DNA of 54,505 nt. Origin: an uncultured Thermoplasmatales archaeon (lineage in GTDB: Archaea; Thermoplasmatota; E2; UBA202; DSCA01). This document shows, piece after piece, positions 1 to 9,024 of the stretch. Made by a program: the position numbers and the translations under genes. Every line of letters starts with the position of its first letter. Position 1 is the first letter of the stretch. The DNA lies in NCBI GenBank assembly GCA_964514975.1, contig CAZESS010000016.1, positions 1-54,505 on the forward strand. The letters are read 5' to 3'. The notes under the pieces are model-generated. The model had not been told where the DNA came from and did not search any database. It was given only the letters and a program-made list of their open reading frames with translations.

Positions 1-325
1 GCTGCATGGTATTGATGTCGCCCACGGACACCTGTATCTCTTTTACACGGGTGCCGAGCGGCAGCGGGATGGTGTGCGCCCGGTAGGGCAGCCGTGGTTC
101 TCCCGCCGCTGTTACGTGGAGCCCGGTGCCGCAGTCTATCTGCAGGTATCCGTCCGCCATGGTGCATGTGGGCGCAGCAAAGTCCATGGTTATCGTTTCC
201 GTTGATGGTTCCGCCCGCTCTGGAATGCGTGTGTCGTCGAGGCCGTGGTTCATGCCGGTGATGCCTGCAAATGGTGCAATCACCAGCACGCCGATCGCAA
301 TCATGATGCCTATTTTTGTTTTCAT
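1..325 (-). CDS. Secreted peptidase C25 (gingipain-like) family protein, N-terminal part (signal peptide + propeptide); runs off the left edge
   Basis: Not in the ORF track. Manual translation from ATG at 325 gives MKTKIGIMIAIGVLVIAPFAG...AGEPRLPYRAHTIPLPLGTRVKEIQV, which resembles the propeptide of the C25 protein at 5831..8002 (PGMPRLPARGAIILLPPDA). The catalytic domain is not visible. Confidence 0.7.
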   Translation of the reverse strand, partial: MKTKIGIMIAIGVLVIAPFAGITGMNHGLDDTRIPERAEPSTETITMDFAAPTCTMADGYLQIDCGTGLHVTAAGEPRLPYRAHTIPLPLGTRVKEIQVSVGDINTMQ

Positions 326-415
326 GGTAGCCCTCGGCTGCTAAACAGGCCGCTCTTTATAAAAATATCCGCTGGCGTAAACAGCAAAAAAGGGGGCCGG
401 GGCGACGGGCGCGGG

Positions 416-1009
416 TTACCCGGTCGTGATTTCGATATGGTCGACGCTGCTGACCCAGTTCCGGGAGGAGGTGTAGACGTCGCCTTCCTGGACGACGAAG
501 GCGATGCGGAGCGGCTTGTCATCGTCCTCGAGATCCTCTCCGTCTACTTGGTAGGCAAGAACCGGGGCTGGCGTGGCGGATGTGTTGGTGACGTTGCCCG
601 AGGAATCGTACACGGTCATGTTGCCTTTTAACATCTCGCTGTCAAGGGTCCGGCTGTAGTCATCGCTCGCGTTGTCGGGGTCTGCGATGTCGGTGACGGT
701 GACAGAAACATTGCCACCGATGGGCACCGAAAGCTCATGTATGAGGTCCGAGAACGAAACCCCGGTGAACGTCCATGGTCCCTTTATCGTTCCGATGCTG
801 GTCCGCATGCCGCCCTGGCCGGTCGTGCTGTCCATGTCCTTCAGGTCGCACAGGCTGTATGTCCACTTGTCGCCCTGGTAGGAGACGGATAGCACGGTGT
901 CGCCGCATCCGCCGTCGTCTTCGGGCAGCCGGTAATAGGCGAACACGCCGACCGCCGCGATGATCGCCACGGCGAGAACTCCTGCAACGATTTTTTCTCC
1001 ATGTTCCAT
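416..1009 (-). CDS. Membrane-anchored protein with a sulfite-oxidase/molybdopterin-binding-like fold
   Basis: N-terminal TM helix; motifs WTFTGVSFSDL, LAYQVDGEDL, PLRIAF, WVSSVDHIEI; RBS GGTGA 4 nt before the ATG. Confidence 0.6.
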   Translation of the reverse strand: MEHGEKIVAGVLAVAIIAAVGVFAYYRLPEDDGGCGDTVLSVSYQGDKWTYSLCDLKDMDSTTGQGGMRTSIGTIKGPWTFTGVSFSDLIHELSVPIGGNVSVTVTDIADPDNASDDYSRTLDSEMLKGNMTVYDSSGNVTNTSATPAPVLAYQVDGEDLEDDDKPLRIAFVVQEGDVYTSSRNWVSSVDHIEITTG

Positions 1010-1053
1010 GGTATCACCACGGCATGCAGCAGGCCATATAAAAAAATGACCGT

Positions 1054-2415
1054 TTAGGAGAGAAACACGTAGATGTCGGCCTGCGCATACGCCATGGCGC
1101 CATTCTGCCTGGCGAGTTCGGCCCGGACATGATGCCGTCCGGGTGACACATTGTCGAGCCGCCAGGTATAGGGCGCCTCTTCATCGGAATGCACCAGCAC
1201 GTCATCGAGATAAAAATCAATGGATCCGTTGCCCTCCACATATACGCTGAGCGTCATGTCGCCGATGATCGTGTTCCCCCAGGGCGCCGGGCCGATGCGC
1301 CGCCCGTTCAGGTACAGCCCGGGATGCCAGCCGCTCGGCTGCTCCCAGTACAGCTCGGCATGGCTGACCGGCGGCAGATGCCCGTCGGGGACGCCGGCGG
1401 CCCATGCAGCGGCACGGCGCAGCATCCACCAGTTGTAGGTCCAGTTCGTCTCGATGCCGCCGACCCATTCATAGAGATAGGACTCCATGAACAGGGTATA
1501 TTTCGACCGGCCCGGGTATTCCTCGACATGGCCGCCCACCGTCGTCCGCTCCTCGGGATGCGGGCCGAACAGCGCCACCCTGCCGTCGCCATAGGTGGAG
1601 GCGACAGCGGCATATTGTCCTTCGACATCGGTTACGACGGGGCCGGTCTGCCGCCATTCCCCGCCGGTTTTCTCCCAGAAATGAATCGGCGCCTTCTCGG
1701 AAACCTCCTCCGCGTAGGTGGCGAGCGGGACCACCTCGCCCAGCAGCGGGTCATCGCCACCGGCGGGATACATGCCGGGGCCGCCCTCGTAGCGTATCAC
1801 CCGCGGGTTCGACGGGCTGGCAGCTATGATGGGATGACCGGAGAGCTCACAGGCCACGGGGACGCCGCCGCCGAGCCCCGAGGACTTGTACAGATACTGC
1901 CATTCCTGTCGCTGTCCGTCGTTGACGTAGACGTTGGCGATACCCAGCGACCCGGCGGTGATGACCCGGTCGGGCAGCGACGACGGATGTTTCATGCCCA
2001 TCGAGGCCTCGTTCGCACCGCCGCAGATACCCAGGTAGCCGCCGCCCCCGGCCACGAAGTCCCTGACGTTGTTCCGCCAGCGGAAATCGAGGTCATGGAA
2101 ATACTGCCGGGCGCTCGCCCCGATGACCAGGAGGTCATAGTTTTCGGGTGTCAATGGCTCACGGCCGCGGCCCATGGCCTCCCGCCGCCCGATTTCGGTG
2201 ACGTTGAACCGATATGTAACGCCGTCTGCCGTCCATCCATACTGCAGGGCATACTGCAGCACCTTTACCGCGGGGACGACGGAGGGATACACGGCGATGT
2301 TTTTGTATACCGTTTGCTGCGCCCGGCCGTCCTCGGTGGCATCTAGGGAGGGAGCGACGGGCACGGCGAGCAACGCGGCCACGGCGACCACGATGCATCC
2401 ATGGAATGGCTTCAT
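1054..2415 (-). CDS. Secreted BPL_N / class I glutamine-amidotransferase-like protein with a C-terminal Ig-like domain
   Basis: Signal peptide; nucleophile elbow GGGYLGICGGA; GPHPE motif; C-terminal FYLDD...EAPYTW Ig-like domain. Start set at MKPFHG (ORF track start 2424). Confidence 0.7.
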   Translation of the reverse strand: MKPFHGCIVVAVAALLAVPVAPSLDATEDGRAQQTVYKNIAVYPSVVPAVKVLQYALQYGWTADGVTYRFNVTEIGRREAMGRGREPLTPENYDLLVIGASARQYFHDLDFRWRNNVRDFVAGGGGYLGICGGANEASMGMKHPSSLPDRVITAGSLGIANVYVNDGQRQEWQYLYKSSGLGGGVPVACELSGHPIIAASPSNPRVIRYEGGPGMYPAGGDDPLLGEVVPLATYAEEVSEKAPIHFWEKTGGEWRQTGPVVTDVEGQYAAVASTYGDGRVALFGPHPEERTTVGGHVEEYPGRSKYTLFMESYLYEWVGGIETNWTYNWWMLRRAAAWAAGVPDGHLPPVSHAELYWEQPSGWHPGLYLNGRRIGPAPWGNTIIGDMTLSVYVEGNGSIDFYLDDVLVHSDEEAPYTWRLDNVSPGRHHVRAELARQNGAMAYAQADIYVFLS

Positions 2416-2516
2416 ACAGGCCAATGCAATATCCGGTGATATAAAAGCGTACCGTCGCCATCGGGTTCAAAACCATTTTAACGACATGCTTTTAACCGCT
2501 CCTGCTTTGAGAACCG

Positions 2517-2699
2517 ATGAAGCATGCATGGTTGCTGCCCGTCGCGGTGCTGATACTGCTGTCCTTCGACCCGTGGAACTGGCACCATGAAGCGCTGCTC
2601 TGGTTCATGCCCGGCTGGATGTGGCATGTCGCCACGGTGACCGCGCTGTTCTCCCTCGCCTTTTACCTGGTCGCCCGGTATGGATGGAGGGAACGGTAG
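2517..2699 (+). CDS. Small two-TM protein (DUF3311-like) partnered with a sodium:solute symporter
   Basis: 60 aa hydrophobic protein (DPWNW...WFMPGWMW); its stop abuts the symporter ATG. Confidence 0.75.
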   Translation: MKHAWLLPVAVLILLSFDPWNWHHEALLWFMPGWMWHVATVTALFSLAFYLVARYGWRER

Positions 2700-4103
2700 A
2701 TGCTGGCGCTGGCCGTCATCTATGTCCTGGTTTTGCTCGTCATCGGCATCATTGCGCACCTGCGGGCGGACAGGACGCCGGAGGACTATTTCCTGGCGAA
2801 CCGTGGGTTCGGCTCGCTGGTGCTGTTTTTCACCCTGGCGGCCACCAATTTCTCCGCCTTTACGTTCCTCGGCTTCGCCGGCGCCGCTTACACCCATGGT
2901 ATGGGCCAGTATGGCGTGATGGCGCTGGGCACCGCCTGCATGGCGCTCATGTTCTGGCTCGTCGGCCGGAAGGTCTGGCGGCTGGGCAAAGACAGGGGGT
3001 ACATGACGCCCGGGGAGCTGGTCGGTGGATGCCATGGCAGCCGGGGGTTGCAGCTGCTGTTTACGGGGTTGATGTCGCTGTTTACCGTTCCCTATCTGGC
3101 GGTACAGGCCGTCGGCGCGGGCTACATCCTCCAGATGCTCGTTCCCGGGCTCGGCATGAAAATCGGCGCCGTTGTCGCCATCGTCATCATCTGTTTTTAT
3201 GTGCTGTCCGGCGGGATGCGCGCCTCCGGCTGGACGGATGTCGTCCAGGGCGTGCTCATGATCGTGGCGATGGTCGCCGCCGTCGCATTCGTGGGCCATG
3301 CGCTCGGTGGCTTCGCAGAGGCGAGCGCCGCCGCCCGTGATTCCATGCCGTCGCTGTTTTCCCGTCCCGGTCCCGGGGGCTATTTCACGGTGAAGATATG
3401 GCTGTCTTTTTTTGTTCTCTGGGTGTTCTGCGATCCGATGTTCCCGCAGATGTTCAGCCGGTTTTACACGGCGAAAAGCGACCGTTCACTCAAAACGGCG
3501 ATGGTGCTCTATCCATTGCTTGTCTCGTTTTTCTTTTTGCTTCCGGTGCTCGTCGGCGTCTGGGCGCATGGGACGGGCATCGACGTGGACACCCCGGATA
3601 ACGTGCTGCTGCTAATGGTGGAACGGTTTGCGCCGCCCATGGTGTTTTCATTTCTCAGCGTGGGTGCGCTGGCGGCGTTGATGTCCACCGCTGACTCGCA
3701 GCTGCTATCCTTGTCGACGATGCTGACCGCCGACACCGTGGGGAAAAACGTCACGGCGAGCCGGCTTGTCACCGTGGCGCTATCCCTGTTCACCGTGCTT
3801 TTCGTCCTGTTCGGCTACGATCCCGCCTCGGGTATCATGGGCACGCTGGTGGACACCACGTTTTCCGGGCTGGTGGTGCTCGCGCCGTCGGTCATCGCGA
3901 CCCTGTACTGGCGCCGTGCCACCGCATTGGCATGCATCGCCAGCATCCTGGGCGGCGAGATCCTGGTGTTCCTGTACTATCTGGTGGAGCTGCCAACAGC
4001 CGGCTTTTTGTCCTCGATGGTGGCGCTCGCAGCCGCCGTTGTTATCCTGGTTCTGGTGTCGCTGCTGTTTCCCGTCCGTATGCCTAGCGGAGAAACCAGG
4101 TGA
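2700..4103 (+). CDS. Sodium:solute symporter (PanF/PutP/SSS family)
   Basis: EDYFLANR, ATNFSAFTFLGFAG, GGMRASGWTDVVQG and AALMSTADSQLL motifs; multiple TM helices. Confidence 0.92.
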   Translation: MLALAVIYVLVLLVIGIIAHLRADRTPEDYFLANRGFGSLVLFFTLAATNFSAFTFLGFAGAAYTHGMGQYGVMALGTACMALMFWLVGRKVWRLGKDRGYMTPGELVGGCHGSRGLQLLFTGLMSLFTVPYLAVQAVGAGYILQMLVPGLGMKIGAVVAIVIICFYVLSGGMRASGWTDVVQGVLMIVAMVAAVAFVGHALGGFAEASAAARDSMPSLFSRPGPGGYFTVKIWLSFFVLWVFCDPMFPQMFSRFYTAKSDRSLKTAMVLYPLLVSFFFLLPVLVGVWAHGTGIDVDTPDNVLLLMVERFAPPMVFSFLSVGALAALMSTADSQLLSLSTMLTADTVGKNVTASRLVTVALSLFTVLFVLFGYDPASGIMGTLVDTTFSGLVVLAPSVIATLYWRRATALACIASILGGEILVFLYYLVELPTAGFLSSMVALAAAVVILVLVSLLFPVRMPSGETR

Positions 4104-4551
4104 TGCCCGCCATGACCGCGGTGGTGACAACGACCGCGGCGATGCAGACGCCGACGAAAATATACAGCAGGGATTTTTTGAAGTCGAGCGCGAAGAGGTA
4201 GGCGGCGAGGCTGCCCGTCCAGGCGCCGGTCACGGGGAGCGGTATCGCCACGAACAACACCAGCGCGAGCGACTCCCATCGCTCGATGCGCTTCCGTGTC
4301 TTGGTGCGCGTGTGTTCGAAAACGTGGTCCATCAGTTTCGCCCAGAAATCCCACCGCCGCAGGAACTCCTCGACCGGGCGGAGGAACAGCAGGATGAAGG
4401 GCACCGGCAGAAAGTTCGCGATGATGATAACGGGAATGATGATCCAGGGGTTCATGTCGTAGCCGCCCAGTGCCAGAGGAATCGCGCCCCTGAGCTCCGA
4501 CACGGGTGCCATCGCCAGCAGAACCACCCAGAGCCACGCCGGAATATTTAT
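4084..4551 (-). CDS. Small multidrug export family membrane protein (COG2426-like)
   Basis: PVSELRGAIP and FVAIPLPVTGAWTG motifs. The start is either GTG at 4527 or an in-frame ATA at 4551 behind a GGTGA RBS. The 3' end overlaps the convergent symporter by 20 nt. Confidence 0.85.
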   Translation of the reverse strand: MNIPAWLWVVLLAMAPVSELRGAIPLALGGYDMNPWIIIPVIIIANFLPVPFILLFLRPVEEFLRRWDFWAKLMDHVFEHTRTKTRKRIERWESLALVLFVAIPLPVTGAWTGSLAAYLFALDFKKSLLYIFVGVCIAAVVVTTAVMAGITWFLR

Positions 4552-5792
4552 GATATCACCCGTCCCATCCCCGGCTCGCCGACGAACTCGCCGTCGTCAA
4601 CGATGCGCTCGCCGTGCAGGAACACGTCCCGGGGATACACGGCCGGCCATCCCCCGTAGGGGCTCCACCCGCATTTCGAGCGGGGCTCGATGCGTTGCTC
4701 CTCGAAGTCTATCACGAGGAGGTCGGCCGGCTGTCCGGCGGTGATGTTTCCCCGGTCAAGGTTGAAGCGGCTCGCCGGATTTTTGCAGCACATGTGGTGG
4801 ACAAGCGACAGGGGCAGCCTGCCCTCTTTGACCTGCCGGAGCAGCAGCGGGAGCAACGCGTCGACGCCGGGTATGCCCGACGGCGCTTCCTCGATGTGCC
4901 GTTTTTCCTCCAGGAGATGCGGGGCATGGTCGGACTCGGCGACGTCGACGGCGCCCTGCCGGAACAGCTCCCACAGCCCTGCCCGTGTTGTCTCGCTGCG
5001 AAGCGGCGGGTTGACCAGCCCCATCGCCTCGGTGTCAAAGGAGGACGACAGGGACAGCAGCAGGTGATGCGGCGTCACGCCGCCCGACAGCCCGCTCCGA
5101 TGGACGAGCTCCACCGCATCAGGGGATGACAGATGGCAGATGTGCAGCCTTGCCCCGGCATCCCTGTTGGCCTTCAGCATCCGATGGATGCCCATGAGCT
5201 CGCAGCGCGCCGGCCGATGCCGCTCATGCTCCACGAGGCTGCCAGCGGGCTCCCGCGAGATACAGGATACATGCTCGGCGTGGACGGCCAGCACCTTTCC
5301 CGTCGAAGCGATGTCGCAAAGCACCCCTGGCAGCTCCCCGTCGGACACCACGATGTCGTTGTCCCCCGACAGATATATCTTGAAGCCGACGCAGTCCGAT
5401 GCCATCGTCCCGATGTCGCAGCCCGGGGCTATCCCGGCGTAAAACCCGAGGTCGATGCATGCCCGCCGCGCGGCACGCCGGGCCTTGTCATGCAACGCCT
5501 CCCGGGTGACGGTCGCCGGATGGGTGTTCGGCATGTCCAGCGCCGTGGTGATACCCGCGAGCGCTGCGGCGCGGCTCCCGGTGTACATGTCCTCCTTGTC
5601 GGGCTGGCCGGGCTCCCGGAAATGCACGTGGACGTCGATGCCGCCCGGAAAAATCAGGCTGTCGCCATAGTCATGGTGGCGTTCGCCGTGCAACACTTTT
5701 TTGACGGAGGCGATGCGCCCGTTCTCGATGCCGATACATCCATGGGTGAGGCGTCCATCCAGGTAGAGCTGTCCCTCGACGACCAGGTCCAT
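4548..5792 (-). CDS. pyrC: Dihydroorotase (amidohydrolase superfamily)
   Basis: DVHVHFREPG, DMPNTHP, VHAE, HICHLS, VTPHHL, NPPLR and SDHAPH motifs. Start set at MDLVVEG. Confidence 0.85.
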   Translation of the reverse strand: MDLVVEGQLYLDGRLTHGCIGIENGRIASVKKVLHGERHHDYGDSLIFPGGIDVHVHFREPGQPDKEDMYTGSRAAALAGITTALDMPNTHPATVTREALHDKARRAARRACIDLGFYAGIAPGCDIGTMASDCVGFKIYLSGDNDIVVSDGELPGVLCDIASTGKVLAVHAEHVSCISREPAGSLVEHERHRPARCELMGIHRMLKANRDAGARLHICHLSSPDAVELVHRSGLSGGVTPHHLLLSLSSSFDTEAMGLVNPPLRSETTRAGLWELFRQGAVDVAESDHAPHLLEEKRHIEEAPSGIPGVDALLPLLLRQVKEGRLPLSLVHHMCCKNPASRFNLDRGNITAGQPADLLVIDFEEQRIEPRSKCGWSPYGGWPAVYPRDVFLHGERIVDDGEFVGEPGMGRVIS

Positions 5793-5830
5793 CACGTCCT
5801 GTATCGCCAACGGCTATAATGTATTTTTCA

Positions 5831-8002
5831 TCATGGCATGGCGAAGAGCAGCCGCAGCCATCCAAGCAGGGCATCCAGCAGCGGAAACCGTGGCGTGTAG
5901 GGCATGTGCACCTGCAGTGGCTCCGACCAGTCGGATGTCATGCCGTGGCCGTCCCGGGCGCGCACCCGCACCCGGTAGGTGCCCCTGCTCGTCCAGCTAT
6001 GGGACGCGTTCACCGTCACGTTGCTCGGATAGGGGCCATGCCATTCGCTCACCGTGCCGTCATCCCAGTCCCACTGGTAATATATCCCGTCATCCTCGAC
6101 ATCCACGCTTTTTGTCGTATAGCGGTAGCTGTCCCGTGTTTCGCCGTCCTGCTCGCCCGCCGGCGCTGTCGGCGTCGAGGGGGCGTTGTTGATGCGTAGC
6201 ACAATGGACGGGTCGCCGAACAGGTTGAGGCCATAGTAGGTCCAGCGCATGCAGGAACGGTCGATGAGAAACAGGTTGTCCTCCTTCGAGTCCTGGTTCG
6301 CCCGTCCGAGCGTGGTGATGTTCTCGCCGAACACGGCATCCCAGAACTGGCGCTGGTAGCGCTGCGAGTCCCCGTCGGTCCGGCCGGACCAGAACCATCC
6401 ATAGCGGGCGTTCATGATTGCGGCGAAGGCGCCATGTTTGGTTTTGACGGTGAACTGCTCTGCCATGCAGTCCTCCCGGGGATGGTCGTATCCGCCGGCC
6501 ATGCAGCCCTGCGAGTAGATGAAACACGGCATGGTGTTGTCGAGCCTGCCGAGGTCGTCGGGGGTCATCCGCATGCTGTAGGTGTAGGAGGAATGGCCGA
6601 CATGGTCGACGGCATGGGTGCCCCGGTTTATCTGCCCGATGAGGTCGCCCGCGCTCCAGTGGTCGTCCGGCCAGTCGCGGTCGTAGAGCCGGGTGAGCGT
6701 GAAATCCTGGGATGGGATGCCATGGGTGGTGTAGCCGTCGGCGGTGCAGGTGCCGACGTGCTGCTCGACATAGTTTGCGCCCCAGGAGGCGATGCCGTGG
6801 TCGCCCATGTATTCGCCGGCCATGGTAATGGCGCGATGCGACCTGGATGGCTCCATGTCGAGGTAGCTGATGGTCTTGTCGACAAACGTGCGTGCCTCGC
6901 CCGCGCTGCCAACCGGCGCCCTGCCCACGTATACCTCGGCCATCAGGTCGACGTCGCCTCCGTCGCTTCCATCGGTTGGCTCGCCCCATCGCTGGTCGCC
7001 GTCGCCGTTGTAGGGGCCGTCGAGGCAGCCGTAATAATGGTCGGCGGGGAGATAGGTCTCATAATGGGTGATGTTTTCGTCCATGCCCTCGACCCAGAGC
7101 TGCCTGTCGGGCACGATGTCGCTGTCGCCGCCGAGCAAAACATAGCCGATGTTTTGTTCCTGGTATGCCCGGCGGATGTAGCTCCGTATCATCTCGCTCG
7201 TTTCCCCGGTGGTGTCGAGCGTGACGATGTCCGCCGGCGTGCCATGGCTCTCATGGTATTCCCTGAGCGGTGTGAACGCCTGCTGCAGCCCCATGGTGGT
7301 GACGATGAGCAGGCCATTGTTGCTGCCAGTGGCGGCGGGATAGCCGTTGACGGCCGATGGATTGTCGACCCGCTGCATGATGACCTGTCGGTCCATCATG
7401 GTGCCCCGGTGGTGCTCCGGTGGCTCGTACCCGGTCAGGCCGACGGTAACCTCGAGATGTGGATGATACCGGAGCTCACCTGTCGATGGCACGTATTGCA
7501 CCGGGTAGAGCCGGAGGACGAGGACGCGGTAGCCCCGGCAGCTGTGTATGCCGACCACATCGTGCAGCCGCCCTGGAAACGGCTCATTTGACTCGTAGAC
7601 GGGGCCGGGCGACGGTGCATCTGCGGGCTCCATCAATGGCGTCGCCCGGTCCATGGGCGGGAGACGGTAGCCCCGGCCGAGCGTCGCTGTCCCGCTGGCG
7701 GTGACGGTAACCGTGTCGGCGGTGGCATCGGGTGGCAGCAGTATAATGGCGCCGCGGGCTGGCAGCCGTGGCATGCCAGGCCGGCTCGCCGACACGCCCT
7801 CGGGGATGGACACCTCGTCATATGTAACGCCGGCGATGGCGAGCTGCGCCACCGTTGGCTGCTGAAACCGGTAGGATATCTCCATGTCGCGGTCATCGTG
7901 TGCCGGAGCGGTGGAGAGCACGGATGTGAGCATGCCCATTGCCATCATGCCGGCCAGCGCGATGCTGAGCACCGCTACCCTGGAACGGGATACATGGCTC
8001 AT
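5831..8002 (-). CDS. Secreted peptidase C25 (gingipain-like): signal peptide, propeptide, catalytic domain, PKD-like domain
   Basis: YVLLGGD, ADHYY, EVYVGRAP, catalytic His (HVGHS) and Cys (SQGCMAG), LNLFGDPS; C-terminal YQWDWDDG..SHSW PKD-like domain. Confidence 0.92.
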   Translation of the reverse strand: MSHVSRSRVAVLSIALAGMMAMGMLTSVLSTAPAHDDRDMEISYRFQQPTVAQLAIAGVTYDEVSIPEGVSASRPGMPRLPARGAIILLPPDATADTVTVTASGTATLGRGYRLPPMDRATPLMEPADAPSPGPVYESNEPFPGRLHDVVGIHSCRGYRVLVLRLYPVQYVPSTGELRYHPHLEVTVGLTGYEPPEHHRGTMMDRQVIMQRVDNPSAVNGYPAATGSNNGLLIVTTMGLQQAFTPLREYHESHGTPADIVTLDTTGETSEMIRSYIRRAYQEQNIGYVLLGGDSDIVPDRQLWVEGMDENITHYETYLPADHYYGCLDGPYNGDGDQRWGEPTDGSDGGDVDLMAEVYVGRAPVGSAGEARTFVDKTISYLDMEPSRSHRAITMAGEYMGDHGIASWGANYVEQHVGTCTADGYTTHGIPSQDFTLTRLYDRDWPDDHWSAGDLIGQINRGTHAVDHVGHSSYTYSMRMTPDDLGRLDNTMPCFIYSQGCMAGGYDHPREDCMAEQFTVKTKHGAFAAIMNARYGWFWSGRTDGDSQRYQRQFWDAVFGENITTLGRANQDSKEDNLFLIDRSCMRWTYYGLNLFGDPSIVLRINNAPSTPTAPAGEQDGETRDSYRYTTKSVDVEDDGIYYQWDWDDGTVSEWHGPYPSNVTVNASHSWTSRGTYRVRVRARDGHGMTSDWSEPLQVHMPYTPRFPLLDALLGWLRLLFAMP

Positions 8003-8087
8003 GTCCGGTTACATCTCCCGCCCGTATATATCGGTTGTGTTGTCGCCGGAGGAGGGGATGGCGGCGGGAGAAATAAAAACGTATACA

Positions 8088-8441
8088 ATGGCTCCGATTT
8101 CGGCCCGGCTCAACGAAAAACTGCGGAAGGACATCGAGGAGTACATGGCGGAGGAAAAACTGGACAGGAGCATGGCGGACGCGGCCGTCTTCGCGATGGC
8201 GAAAAAGCGTGACGGGACGGCGATACCGGACGAGGACTACGCGCGGAGCATCGCCGGGGTCAAGGGCATGGACAACAGGGGCACCGTGTTTCTCATCCTG
8301 CGATTGCTCAGACAGGGCGTCATGTCCCCGGGCGAGGCAAAAAAGACGGTTGATGCGATGATAGACCATGGCTGGTACTGCTCTCTCGACCTCTACAAGG
8401 AAATCGTGAACACATTCCTTGACGAGAGCGACCGCAGGTAG
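8088..8441 (+). pseudogene. In-frame fusion remnant of a toxin-antitoxin pair (RHH/UPF0175-like antitoxin N-terminus + DUF3368-like PIN toxin C-terminus)
   Basis: MAPISARLNEKLRKDIEEYMAEEKLDRS is joined to ADAAVFAMAK...DEDYARSIA...GTVFLILRLLRQG...AKKTVDAMIDHGW. The N-terminal half of the PIN domain is absent. Confidence 0.6.
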
Positions 8442-8538
8442 CGACGGCGCGCTTATCTGCAAAAATAGGTATCATGTTCGTCTCCCGTGAAACACGTCAT
8501 AAAGCAAGTATTAAATATGTAGTCCTGTTGGACGGTAC

Positions 8539-8676
8539 ATGAAAGTTGAGCGGCTGGTTGACACGGGAAACGCCCGCCGGTTACGGGAGTGGCTGGAGGA
8601 GCACGGCGACGAGGAATATGCATCGCTTCTCGACGCTGCGGAGCAGGACACCCGCGACCGTCTCCGTTTGAGGTGA
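8539..8676 (+). CDS. Short 45-aa VapB-like antitoxin or remnant
   Basis: Manual translation MKVERLVDTGNARRLREWLEEHGDEEYASLLDAAEQDTRDRLRLR*. An AT-rich TATA-like box lies ~25 nt upstream, and the stop overlaps the RBS of the VapC remnant. Confidence 0.5.
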   Translation: MKVERLVDTGNARRLREWLEEHGDEEYASLLDAAEQDTRDRLRLR

Positions 8677-8680
8677 TCTG

Positions 8681-8784
8681 GTGGTCTGTCTCGACACTTC
8701 TCTTTTTATGGCGAAAACCGGATTGTAACCCGCAACGTCCGACATTTTGAAAAAATCGAGGCCGTCTCCGTGCTTTCCTATTAG
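8681..8784 (+). pseudogene. vapC: VapC-type PIN toxin remnant with a large internal deletion and frameshift
   Basis: RBS GAGGTGA then GTG-VCLDTS (PIN N-terminal motif). A second frame from 8707 reads GENRIVTRNVRHFEKIEAVSVLSY* (VapC C-terminal motif). Confidence 0.7.
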
Positions 8785-8975
8785 CTTTGTTATTGAACCA
8801 TTTTCACCAAAAATTTCGATGACGTTATATAGATGGAGCGAAATAGAATGGCGAGGGCAGCGCCGTGAGCGCGTTCACGTGGAATGCGTCGCGGTGTCAC
8901 CGGTGGATGCATCGAATGGGTGTGTGGATACCGACCCGTTTTCCCCCATAATACCATCATTTTGATAGCAAACGA

Positions 8976-8990
8976 CGAAAAATTTATATA
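8976..8990 (+). promoter_or_regulatory. Archaeal BRE/TATA promoter of the pilin gene
   Basis: CGAAAAATTTATATA ends ~35 nt upstream of the ATG at 9025; a GGTGA RBS follows. Confidence 0.65.
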
Positions 8991-9024
8991 TACCCTGTCC
9001 TATTAGGGTATTGGGTGAACTAAA

